A DNA stretch of 63,943 bases, counting the filler, from Octopus bimaculoides (lineage: Eukaryota), in assembly GCF_001194135.2 (NCBI RefSeq). It is 8 parts of 7 records of this genome, joined end to end, with 100 filler letters (N's around TTAATTAATTAA, not from the genome) between each part and the next. Parts side by side here need not be neighbours in the genome. Positions count along the whole stretch, not along the records: positions 11,037 to 32,367 come from NC_068985.1; 7 more parts are not named here. One strand, 5' to 3'. Under the pieces are notes generated by a model that was given only the letters and a program-made list of their open reading frames with translations, ran no database searches and was not told the origin of the DNA. The translations under genes were made by a program, and so were the position numbers. Shown piece after piece: positions 11,113 through 22,979 of this stretch. How positions within the stretch are numbered: the stretch's first letter is position 1; each line of letters begins with the position of its first letter.

Positions 11113-11479
11113 GACTGGCTGTTGTTGCATCGTCCCCCGTAAGTTTAAATAATTCATCTGTTTATTTATGTGCCTTTGCAAATAAATTTTGTCAGAAAGG
11201 TGCTTCACAACATCTGCTTTGGCCTGAACGAGTCTTTCACTCGAAAATTCTCCTTTTAAGGGTGAATTGTCGGATTTTAAAATTGTATTTAAAAAAAAGT
11301 TTTGTTTCTTACATTTTTCATTTTCTCTTCTCGTTTTCATTTTCTCTTCTCGTTTTCATTTTCTCTTCTCGTTTTCATTTTCTCTTCCTCTTTCTTTCCT
11401 TCTTCTTTTCTCACTTTTTCTTTTGACCTCTTCATTTTTACATACACATCTCTTTTCCCCTCACTATCCACTTAATACT

Positions 11480-11930
11480 GCCACTACGTTCTCAAATTTT
11501 CATTCACACCACAAGACCTCTTTGAATGAACAGCACATAGAATCTATGTCCCCACACTTTCCATTTGTGATAATAAAATATGAACTCCTATTGAAATTTT
11601 CATACCACATACAGGAAGCATTTCTACCACTTATACAAACCACTTTCTTTGGATAATGGAACTGCAACTATAACATCTTTATACATTTTTATTTTTATTT
11701 CTACACCCATTCTCCTATTTCCTTATATACTCCTTATTTGCTTCCTTTTCCAAAATAACTTCTCATGTACTGAACTCTAATAATTCCCTCTATTTAACCA
11801 CCTCACATCATCTCTGATGAATGGATATCCCTAATATCTCGGAAACAGCTATAACTTTCTAACTTTCTCTTTATAATTGTCCTGAAAATTCCACACAGCC
11901 TTGGCTTTGTTATCTCATTTTATTTAACAT
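11480..11930 (+). mobile_element. Probable Penelope-like terminal repeat with a decayed hammerhead (11810-11853)
   Basis: tctCTGATGAatggatat..atatctcgGAAAcagctATA followed by cacagccttgg..ttatctcatt, the same family as 56261-56370. Confidence 0.55.
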
Positions 11931-12094
11931 ATACATGCTTGTACAAGACCCGCATTAAACTCTTCACTTGTATTATCATTGAACCCAGAGTTTAACTACT
12001 GTCATTCCATAACACTTACATTGCGTTACCTGCCATCTTGGGTCTTCTGAACACCAATACATCTCAAATATATACGTATTCTTTTATTCTGTTT

Positions 12095-12295
12095 TTCTTT
12101 CTTTTATTTCTTTCAGTCATTAGACTGCAGCCATGCTGGGGTACTGCCTTGAAGAGTTTTAATCAAATAAATCGTCCCCAAGACTTCTTTTTTGAGCCTA
12201 AAGATATCTTTTTGCCTAACCGCTAAGTTACAGGGACGTAAACACACCAACATCGGTTGTCAAGCAATGGTGGGGGACAAACAGAGACATATAAA
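12095..12295 (-). mobile_element. SINE family A, 3' half
   Basis: gactgcagccatgctggggtactgccttgaag...gtaaacacaccaacatcggttgtcaagc. Confidence 0.85.
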
Positions 12296-12694
12296 TACAA
12301 AAAACACACACACATACATATATATAAATATATATTTTTATACTTGAGGATGGTCCATTTAAACAGACGCATTGTTTATTCAATCTTATTTCTGGTTTTA
12401 TAGTATCATTTTTAGCTTATACGTCTGTTAAAGTTCTTTCGTCACAGATTCTGAGACCTCATCAGTGACTCTCTGTACATGTGCCTCCTCTTGTCCTGTC
12501 TATGCCATTTTGTCTTTTTACTTATTCCATTTTGTCCAAATTATTGGCTGGTCAGTTTCATGTCGAAATGGTACCATACTATCCCTGTTAAGTAGAAGCA
12601 CACATACCGATATATATTCACGTGCATATATAGTAACGCATTTATACATATATTTATTTAAATACACAAACACACACACGCGCACTTATGTATG

Positions 12695-12742
<48 letters not shown>

Positions 12743-12846
12743 CATACATCCATACATATATATATATATATACATCCAAACTAATACATCCTTTTGTTGT
12801 TTACACCACCTGTCCTCGTCTGTTGTCTTTGTTTTCGTACATTCTC

Positions 12847-12883
<37 letters not shown>

Positions 12884-14340
12884 TAAATACATATACAGAC
12901 ACATATACACGAACATAAAAACGTATCCAACTCTGTCTGTCTGTCTGTCTCTCTATATATGTATATATACACACATATACACATATATACACGAGGATGT
13001 ACGTTCGCACACATATATGTGAGATTGTGTGAGTTTGCGTACGTGTGTGTGATTGTGCGTTTGTTCGTTTCCGTCTGGATTAAAGTAGATAGTCTTAGGG
13101 CACATTTTTCTTTTAATGGAAAGCTATAATTCATAATTTATATAGTCTAAAATTTAGCGAATACAGTTTTATTGTAAAACATTTTGCCTTAAGGAATTCA
13201 TTTACCTGTCATCAAAAGAATTTATTGAGTAACAAAGAAGACGAAAATTATTATCACATTTTAAGTAGCATTGTTGGAATTCAAATCTGCGAATTAAAAG
13301 TTTTATAGGAAAGGTCATACACAGAGTATTATTAAGCTCATAATTAACATAGTTTATTAATATATGCCATTATCTGTAATTTGAGAACAAAGTTTATTTG
13401 GCACAAATAGCGTTGATATTATAGTAGACATAACTTTTCTTCGTGTGCTGTCTTAAATAGAAAAAAAAAAGCAACAACAGATTACAACAAAATAAAATAA
13501 CAGCAATAATAATATTAACTAAGTAAAAATAGAAGGAACAGATTGAACAATTTCAAAACGAAGAAAAAAATAGAATATAGAGAATAAAAGAAGATAGAAG
13601 AAGAGACGGAAGAAAAATATGGAGCAGTAGCAGTTGTTGACGTAGTAGCTGTCGTAGTAACAGTAGAAAACAAGAAAGAAAGAAAAGATTGAGCTGAAGA
13701 AAGAGGAAGAAGATGTCTGAAAAAGATAAATAGAAGGAAGATTGAAAAGGAAAAGAAAGTGGAGAAAATCTAAGCGAAAATAGTTGATTTTCTTAATAAA
13801 AAATAGCATATTATTCAATTAGAGACACAGTTTATAATACGGGTAATTGCTAAGAAACTAGAATATAATTTAATATTGTATATTCCATTTAATGCAACAC
13901 CATAAGAAGACTAGTCAATTACATGTAATTTAGAAACTTGGCAAACGCTCCAGGGATAAAATAATTTTGAAGGTCTGGTATGAAATTTGAAATAAATCAA
14001 TTCGCACAAGATTAATAAAATAGAGATATAAAACTTACCCGACCAATTAACGACAAACTCAGAATTAATTATATCGATTTCAATATAGCCAAATCATACT
14101 TATATAAAATAAATAACATTTCGGGTTGAATTAGAAATTTTTCTTTTGTTTAAGTGCAGATCAACCCTGATCAAGTGGACTTATAATGAGAGGTGTTCTA
14201 TCTACGATTATTTCGCCTTTTATTCAGACATAGTATATCTAGAATTAAATAACTTCTCATATTCTTTTTTAAGACAGTAGGTTGGGATTTGAGGCGGTTC
14301 TGCTGCTGCTTCTTGTATGTTAGCCTCAATGCTTGTTGAT

Positions 14341-14700
14341 AAGTTCCGACCAACCCCATGGTTCCGGGTTCAGTCCCACTACGTGGCACCTTGGACAAGT
14401 GTCTTCTACTATAGCCTCGGGCCGTCCAAAGCCTTGTGAGTGGATTTGGTAGACGGAAACTGAAAGAAGCCCGTTGTATATATGTATATATATATGTATG
14501 TGTGTGTATGTATATGTTTATTTGTCTGTTTGTCACCCCAACATCGCTTGACAACGGATGCTGTCCCCGTAATCTAGCGGTTCGGCAAAAGACACCGATA
14601 GAATAAATACTAGGCTTACAAAGAATAAGTCCTGGGGTCGATTTGCTCGACTAAAGGCGGTGCTCCATCATGACCGCAATGACTGAAACAAGTAGAAGAG
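14341..14700 (+). mobile_element. SINE family A, near full length
   Basis: Head ggttccgggttcagtcccactacgtggcacc, internal (TA/TG)n, tail gcggtgctccatcatgaccgc..gactgaaacaagtagaagag. Confidence 0.9.
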
Positions 14701-17399
14701 TAATTATTGGTAACCTTTTAGTATATCCCGAGGCTGACATTAACAGTGGAAGATAATTATATTTTCTTCAACTTGCCATGGTTCCTCGTCGAATTCAGCT
14801 TTCTCTGACACTCAACAGTGAATATAGGTTTGTTTTGATTAGAAACAATATGCGTCCAAGTATCAAATCTACTGTGGTGTAGACATACGTTAAATGAAAT
14901 GTAGTAGATGCACAAATAAGCAATTTAATTAGAAAGCTGATATAGCCTATCATAATTCCGATGACAAAAGGCTTACATCATTATGAATATGAAATCTAAC
15001 AAACTATCTAGTATTATGTTCATAATAGAGCTTTAATTAATAATGTATTAATAACATTAGTCAAACCCTTAAAAAATATCAGAATGCAGATGTATTTTAC
15101 TTCGAACCGGACTAAAGTAGGTAATATTTCAATAATTTCCTACTGATTGCTTTTAACAGATCAGTATAAACCCATTTCGTTTTGGTGGAGAGAACTACTA
15201 GAAGTCGTACCGCCCACGTCTTCTTTAAGTACATCAGAGCTAACTGCACACTTAAAAGCTGTGGCTAAGTGTCATTCAACATTGATAGGAGACATGAAAT
15301 TCATTAAGAGCTCAATCAGCATTTCTATCATAACGTCCTTTGTTAGTTATTCATCTAAGTGTAAACTAAATTAATATTATGACGTTCTTTGTTAGTTGTT
15401 CATCTAACTGCAAAACAATTATTGTCTCATGTATTAGCAGTTTTTCAAAGCTAGTCTTGAAATTTTAAACAGATTATCTAACACATTATCTAGCACTAAC
15501 GCAAAAGAGACCTCTGTGTTTCCCTACTTCAACATGTTCTTAGTTATAATGGCAGTTTTCAAATATTTCTTTTGTCGACATATCGTTCTGAATGAGATGC
15601 TATTTGCTTAAAATATCCGTTGTCAGTGTTTTGTCACTTAATGTACATTGTCTTTTAAACAATATAAATCGGACAACCATGATTATGTTTAATTGTAGTT
15701 GTTGCTAGGGAAACAGTTGTATTAGGAATCGATATTGATTATTCTTTATAAGGTTTAAAAAGAAAATGTTTCCCCCACCCTTAACTGGATTACTAACTAA
15801 GGCATCTGATAATCAAGCATCAAAACATCTAATGATCGAAAACCTCTATCCATACATTCACGTAATTAGTTTTACTACATCCAATTGCAAAGGGAATACC
15901 ATTTTCTGCACTACTGCCTCATGGAAGACTGAGCACTTTCATTAATTTGTGGCATATTTCTGGTAACAGCACTTGTTAATTCATCTGATAGCGTTCCTTT
16001 ATATGCGGTTAAGTCCCATAAGCCAAACATCTTGTTTTTTTCAGTGTTGAATACCAAGAATACATTGCAAATGAGAGGTGTCAGCACTATTAATCAGCAA
16101 AAGAAAATATTTTGGTGCCGCAGCACAGCCACACGCAAAATAGCTGAAACCAGTATGATAGATTAAAAAAAGCGTATATGCAATTAATGTCTTCTTATGT
16201 AAGAGACACCGGAAAAATGTGTGTTCAACATCTCAATCTAAATTAACTTTTAGAAATGTAGCTTTAGACAGTCAGTTTAATGCTCATTCTATTCACAGAA
16301 TCCTTTCAGATAATCTGTTCTTGTTATTGAGGAAATAACTTCTTCACCACCATATGAAGAAGGAAAATACATAGTGGAAATGATGCTGTGACAAAATTGT
16401 TAAACTAAGTTAAGACCGACGAAAGACTTCTTTGCTTAGCATGAAGAATTTGACTCATCTTGTATATAACTACTTGCATGCATCATACATATGTATACAT
16501 ATATTTACGTATATACATATATCTAGATAGATAGATATATACATACGTATAACTATCCTATTTCTGTCTGTCTCTGTCTCTCTGCCTCTCTCTCTCTCTC
16601 TCTCTCTCTCTGCATGTGTGTGTATGTATATATACACATAAATAATACATATACATTTGTATATAATCATTAAATAAAAGCAAATAGATCTTCATAGGTT
16701 TCAACGACGTGTGCTCTAGTTGTTCGAGCAATTAAATTCTCCAGTTATAGTATTATATCGTAAGTGGTGTAATATTTCATAAATATATTTATAGGTACAT
16801 TCCATTCAACAGACTTCAACAGTTCCAGAAATCCAATTCTCTCACGTGGCTTGGCTCCGTTAGAGGCTATGGCAAACAATAATTAATCACGAGGCCACGC
16901 TGTCAGATCGAGCACGAAGTCACATGTTTGTGAAGCAAACTTCTTAACTACTTGGTCATATTTGTGCTATATATNNNNNNNNNNNNNNNNNNNNNNNNNN
17001 NNNNNNNNNNNNNNNNNNNNNNNNNNNNNNNNNNNNNNNNNNNNNNNNNNNNNNNNNNNNNNNNNNNNNNNNNNNNNNNNNNNNNNNNNNNNNNNNNNNN
17101 NNNNNNNNNNNNNNNNNNNNNNNNNNNNNNNNNNNNNNNNNNNNNNNNNNNNNNNNNNNNNNNNNNNNNNNNNNNNNNNNNNNNNNNNNNNNNNNNNNNN
17201 NNNNNNNNNNNNNNNNNNNNNNNNNNNNNNNNNNNNNNNNNNNNNNNNNNNNNNNNNNNNNNNNNNNNNNNNNNNNNNNNNNNNNNNNNNNNNNNNNNNN
17301 NNNNNNNNNNNNNNNNNNNNNNNNNNNNNNNNNNNNNNNNNNNNNNNNNNNNNNNNNNNNNNNNNNNNNNNNNNNNNNNNNNNNNNNNNNNNNNNNNNN

Positions 17400-17459
<60 letters not shown>

Positions 17460-18149
17460 AAACCTTCGCATGTAAGGACTCCCAGTTTTCACTTTTCTAC
17501 AAATGAGTGCTATAAATACATAAATATTGATAACAACGTACCTTACCAAGATGTTGTAAACAAAGCTGGTATAAACAAATAAAAATAAATATAACAGCCA
17601 GAGGTTTCCATTATAACGAGACCATATCTCACAATGCATAGCACAACTATCACAGACTATATCAAGAGGTATACTAACAATAAGAGAATAAAACACGAGA
17701 AGGGCCAGGAATATAAACAACAAAAAAGTGCTTTTAATACGATGTTCAAAGAAAAAGAGTTTATCCCAAAAAACACAGTTGTACGATTCAACTCAGATTA
17801 AAAAAGACAAAACAAAGAAAAGCCTCTCATAGAGCAGACATGACCTTTAATTCAGGACATTGTACGCAAATATTTATGAAATAAATACTCTATTGTTTCT
17901 TTTTAAAAACAAATATTTGTTATTGTTACAGTAGCATGTTGACGATAACAAACTCTCAAATAGGCGTAATATGAGTATGGATTATGAATTAGTAAAAAAT
18001 GAATAAGGTTGTTAAATTATGACTGATTAATGACTGAGTCACTATGATAAGCGTTCCAATCATGACTGGAACGCTTGTTTTTGTCATAGTGTATCTAATA
18101 TATTATCCAATGTTTTCAATATAAAGTTTTTAAAAAGGCAGGATGTGAT

Positions 18150-19395
18150 CCAAGGTTAAATTCTGTTTCTATTACTAGCAAGATGAATCGCCCCTGAGAA
18201 CTCCTTCGCTGGCATATTATGTTCATGAACTTCTGAAATGGACAATCAACAAATAATTACGTTACAACCGACTAAAAATTAACAGAGGAAGTTATTGAAC
18301 GCAGGAAGAAAAGAATTGTTGAATAGAGACTAATCATTCTGAAAGACAAATTAAACTCTGCCGGCGAGGAAATTTGTAACAAAAGTAATTAACAGTAACT
18401 ACAATCGAAAGCAAAGGACAGGCTGTACCAATGTTGTTACCAAGATGTGGATACTTGATTGGACGCTAGATGAAATCTAAGATATTCGTATAGAGTTTGT
18501 AAATGTTAGTCTATTAGTAGAAACATTTTATCTAATATTGGTATTGACTGTCCATATTCAAATCTGATCAGAGGACTTTTAAGAAGGACAGCGTAACCAA
18601 GAAATATAAGACCAGGATAAAAATATGGTGCTCAGAGCTCTCTGCTAACAATAATCAGTTAACCAAATTGTGTTACAGCATCAGCGATCGTATCGCCATT
18701 TCGGCTGCTCAAACAAATGCTAACTGAAGTCCGGGTCATTGATTTTTAAAATCATAACATGTTAAATATCATAAGAAATTTGCACCTCAAAAGGGAAATC
18801 GAAGTTATTTCTACTAAAATGAAAACAAGGAGGTCGAGATATTATTTCAAACAACATTTGGATGTTGCCTTATTTCCTTTCAAAAACATATTCTAATCAC
18901 CAAGCACCAAAATGCATCCAAGTATCAAATCTATTTTCATGAAACATAAGGAGAAGTGGTTCATTGAAAAGCATCATCTGTCCAAGATCAGAGATACACA
19001 TGCAAAGAAGTTACACAACATCTGCAGCAAAAAATCATATGAATGGTATTCTACTTACCAGCAAGTCATGCATGTCTATATTCTCAGGAACTTGTGAAAA
19101 ACATTAAAAGCCAAAGTAGTCTGTCTTAGAGAAGCAGCTGACAAGTTAGCTCTCACTTTAAGGTGGGTGTGTCTTTGAAATCGAAAGACAGGAAATAATG
19201 ACAGAATAGATGTACGTTAATGATATAGAGATGCACACAAAATATCTAGATATGACAACTCATGCAGACTCAGTGAAAGTAACGCTGAAGATGTAACCCA
19301 CATTGTCTGAAATTGTCCTTACGATGCTATCTGCTAGGCACGATGTCATAGTTAAAAAACTATACAACGCAACCTGTACAAAGGAGAGTCTACGC
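18150..19395 (+). mobile_element. Heavily decayed non-LTR retrotransposon of restriction-like-endonuclease type (R4/NeSL-like), 3' part
   Basis: IEMHTKYLD then CRLSESNAEDVTHIV*NCP...(frameshift)RHDVIVKKLYNA at about 19220-19375, the CCHC knuckle plus RHD motif of RLE LINEs. The upstream extent is uncertain. Confidence 0.65.
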
Positions 19396-19426
19396 GACAA
19401 AAATATAAGGTGTTAAGGTGGTGAGC

Positions 19427-19625
19427 TGGCAGAATAGTTAGCACGCCAGATGGGATGTTTAACGGCATTTCGCCCATCTTTACGGTCTGAGTTCAATTAA
19501 CGCTCAGGTCGACTTTAACTTACATCCTTTTGGGGTCGGTAAAATAAGTACCAGTTCGACACTGGAGTCGATGTAATAGGCATACTCCTTTCCCCCCAAA
19601 ATTACTAGCCTTGTGCCAAAATTTG
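19427..19625 (+). mobile_element. SINE family B
   Basis: ggtggtgagctggcagaatagttagcacgcc...ctgagttcaattaacgctcaggtcgacttt...tggggtcggtaaaataagtaccag. Confidence 0.85.
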
Positions 19626-19682
19626 AAACCATTATAAGGAGTTACAGTGATGTGGATGATATACTAGCGTAATGTTTTCTAT

Positions 19683-19850
19683 ATACGACGGGCTTCTTTC
19701 AGTTTCCGTTTATGAAATCCACCCACAAGGCTTTAGTTGACCCGAGACTATAGTAAAAGACAGTTGCCTAAGGAGTCACGCAGTGAGACTGAACTTGGAA
19801 CCACGTGGTTGGGAAGCAAGCTTCTTACCACACAGTCACGCCTGCGCCCT
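19683..19850 (-). mobile_element. SINE family A, 5' half
   Basis: acgacgggcttctttcagtttccg...gggaagcaagcttcttaccacacagtcacgcctgcgcc. Confidence 0.85.
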
Positions 19851-20328
19851 TAGATCAATATTTTTTAAGAATAAATTTGTTGAACCATTCTAGACAAAAT
19901 GTATACAAAATAATGCTAAAGGTAAGAGAAATCACATAACCATATCGAATAATGAGAACTCTGCAGTGGTGATAACTTTAAATTATACATGTATTTATTG
20001 CAACCTGTGGTTATGTTACCAATTGCCTCAACAGAGACGTATGGTTAAGAACTACCAAAAGGCAGAAAGAAAATTGCTAATTAGACAAAATCAGAAATTT
20101 GAACTCTTAAAATACAATTAGAAAATTCAACACTAAATATGTATAAGTATTTCATATGTTTATCCTATGAAAGACACATAATCCCGTACAAACATAAAAT
20201 TATGCATACATATTCACACATACATAGCCAAACGTGCAATGACATGTAAGCTTGCACACTTACGTATATGCGCATTTACATATTCTCTTTCATTACTTAT
20301 AAAGCCGATGAGAGAGTAAGCGAACATA

Positions 20329-21234
20329 CAAGGTTTGATCAATAAGTATCCGGACTGTTGCCATAATAACTAAGCTAAAGCACGCAAAGTGAAGCCACTA
20401 GGTAAATATCAACCTTGAACTCTGCTGTACATACGTACTAAGTTTTAATGTCCTAGCTCACTGCCACTGTTTACAGCAGTGCTTGGAAGGAAGGTGTGTA
20501 GCGTGTGATCGTCGCATTGACCATGACAGAGAAAGTTATCATGGTGATACCTGCTCAGAGACTTACGTAAATTTGCAGAAAGTGTATGGAGAGGAGTGTA
20601 TGTGCTGCACACAAGTGGATGATTTGGTCAGACGTTTTCAAGATGGCCGAAAAATGTTGATATTGATGAATGTTCTGGCAGACCCGCAACCAGCAGAATT
20701 GAGAAAAACATCGCAGATGTGCGTGCAGCTGTGAGGGTAAATCGTCGAATCACCATCCGTGAGTTATCAGAGGGTGCGCAGATTAGTTACAGTTCAGTTC
20801 AGTCCAATATTCAGTCCATTATTCCTAAATATTTGGGTATGAGACGCATGTCTGCCAAGTTTGTGCCAAAACTGCTTTCAGCTGACCAAAAAGACATTCG
20901 GGTTTCAGTTGTACAAGATCTCCTTGAATGTGTCAAGAACAATGAAAACCTTTTGAAAACTTTGCGCAGGCCTCTGAACAGGTATCGTCAAGCTTTGGGC
21001 AAAATTTGATGTAGATTATCTGCCCAATTTTCACTGTCATAGTCAATACGACGTTCACCCGTTACACACGTTTCTTCCAAGCACTGCTGTAAACAGCAGA
21101 AGTAAGCTAGGACGTTGAAACTTAGTGCTTATGCACAACAGAGTTCAAGATCAATCTGTGCCAAGCGGCTTTACTCTACGTGCTTTAGCTTCGTTACTAT
21201 AGCAACAGTCCGGATACTTATTGTTCATACCACA
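20329..21234 (+). mobile_element. Non-autonomous mariner derivative with two 5' ends (~230-bp inverted arms), TA-flanked
   Basis: TA at 20327-28 and 21235-36; aataagtatccggactgttgc on both arms; internal N-terminal transposase NRRITIRELSE...SAKFVPKLLSADQK (WVP-like motif); no catalytic domain. Confidence 0.85.
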
Positions 21235-21410
21235 TAAATATACAAAGGTACATATGCAATATATATGTGTACACTTAGCGATTCACATGTTTATGAAACT
21301 ATTATGTTTATGTCTTTCTCTCAGTGTTTAAGGATGTATGCTTACTGATTATATATATTATGCAAGTTACTACAGTGAAATGAAACAAAAAATTCAATTT
21401 AATAAAAAAA

Positions 21411-21735
21411 ATGCTATTTGAGTCATTCGACAGCAGCCACCTTGAAGAATCTTTAGTCGAACGAATCGACCCCAGGACTTCTTTTATAAACTTAATACTT
21501 AATCCATCGCTCTCATTCGCCAAGTTATGGGGACATAAATATACCAAAACCGGTCAACCGGTGGTGGTAAACAAATACAAAGACACATGCATACATACAT
21601 ACGATGGGCTTCTTTCATTTTCCACGTACCAAATACACCCCCAAGGATTTGGTCGGATTAGGTAACACATACCTAAGGTGCCACACAGTGGAGCTGAACC
21701 CGGGACAATGTGGTTGGGAAAGCAAGCTTCTTAAC
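21411..21735 (-). mobile_element. SINE family A, near full length
   Basis: ttagtcgaacgaatcgaccccaggactt...gtgccacacagtggagctgaacccgggacaatgtggttgggaaagcaagcttctta. Confidence 0.85.
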
Positions 21736-21934
21736 CATTCTAGACAAAAAGTACGCAAGATATATTTTGCAATTTAATATAACATTAAGATAGATTACTA
21801 AACGTTTTACGCTGATAAAAATATTTAATCTATGTTAAGTATTTAGTTACGGAAATTATTATTAAAATGAAATATTTTTAATACATTAAACAATTCTTTA
21901 AAAGATTTTACACTAATATAATATTGGTTTCAAA

Positions 21935-22300
21935 TTTTGACACAAGACCAGCAGTTTCCAGGGAGTGGGTTAGTTGATTATATCGATCCTAGTGCTCAAC
22001 TGCTAAATATCTTATCGACCTCGAAAAGATAAAAGCACAGTCGACTTCAGAGGCATTTGAACTCAGAACCTCAAGTGGAAGAAATTCTGCTAAGCATTTT
22101 TCTATGGAATGGTAACGATTCTGTCAGCTCACCGCGTAATATTGGACAAAATATTGTTTTCAAATTCTGATATAAGGCCAACAATTTTGGGAGAGGAGTT
22201 AAGTCGATTACATAGACCCCAAAGCTTAACTGGTACCTATTTTACAAGCCCCGAAAGGATTAATGGCAAAGTCGACCTCAGAGAAATTTGAACACAGCAC
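21935..22300 (-). mobile_element. Two tandem decayed SINE family B copies
   Basis: Both contain gtcgac(tt/ct)cagag..atttgaac(t/a)cag and a tcgat/tcgac...ctggtac-like motif. Confidence 0.75.
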
Positions 22301-22477
22301 CGTCTTAATTGGACCAAATATTAAAAGCACATTGTTACATGAAATATTTAACTATTTATACTAAAATCTTCCTCAAGGAATTCTTTCGAATTTTGCATAA
22401 AACATAGACCAGTGATTGAACTCACTTGTACACCCCAATAGAAATTAATGACCATTTTTCTCTTTTTCTTCTTTCAG

Positions 22478-22613
22478 TGTTCCAGTTACTGGACTATTAC
22501 AATACTATGGCATCAGTATTGTTTTAGCAATTATATCAACATTAACATTTGTCTTGTACATATTTGATCGTTCTCGTAGACTTGAAGAGGTGGAGCAGAT
22601 ATTGGCGTGGTAA
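22478..22613 (+). CDS. Candidate exon encoding one transmembrane helix (unknown protein)
   Basis: Strong polypyrimidine tract and AG (tttttctctttttcttctttcag). Open frame VPVTGLLQYYGISIVLAIISTLTFVLYIFDRSRRLEEVEQILAW*: a hydrophobic 20-mer followed by basic residues. Possible donors GAG|GTGGAG or TG|GTAACA. Confidence 0.4.
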
Positions 22614-22945
22614 CAACTAACTCAGTTAATACTGTATGTCATTCTTCTTCGAATGTATGAGTGTGTACCCCATGCTACATAAACACACACACACACATGC
22701 ACATACATCACACGCTCTTTCATACTCTCTCTCTCTCAAACATATATTTATTCACGTTAATAACAACAAAATGAAAGAGCACCATTGATAGGTTTCTTGT
22801 TAGTATGAGACAATTTCCTGGCAATTATTTAATCAGAAATACTTTTACTATGACGACTGGCAGGCATGAGTATCAGTCAAACTATTTGTAGTTGAACAAG
22901 CATTGGTAAAATACGTTCATTGTGAACATGAAATCTGTCTACAGG

Positions 22946-22979
<34 letters not shown>

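Noticed and set aside
18040-18092. Hairpin cactatgataagcgttcca / tggaacgctt..gtcatagtg
   Set aside because: It resembles a dispersed repeat fragment (ctatgatcaagggtattccggccat at about 45848); too short and bulged to support an ncRNA call.
19282-19315. CTGAAGA...GAAA
   Set aside because: It coincides with the LINE zinc-knuckle codons (AEDV...) and has no helices; similar CTGATGA hits at about 29495 and 53320 are in mariner and YADD coding sequence.
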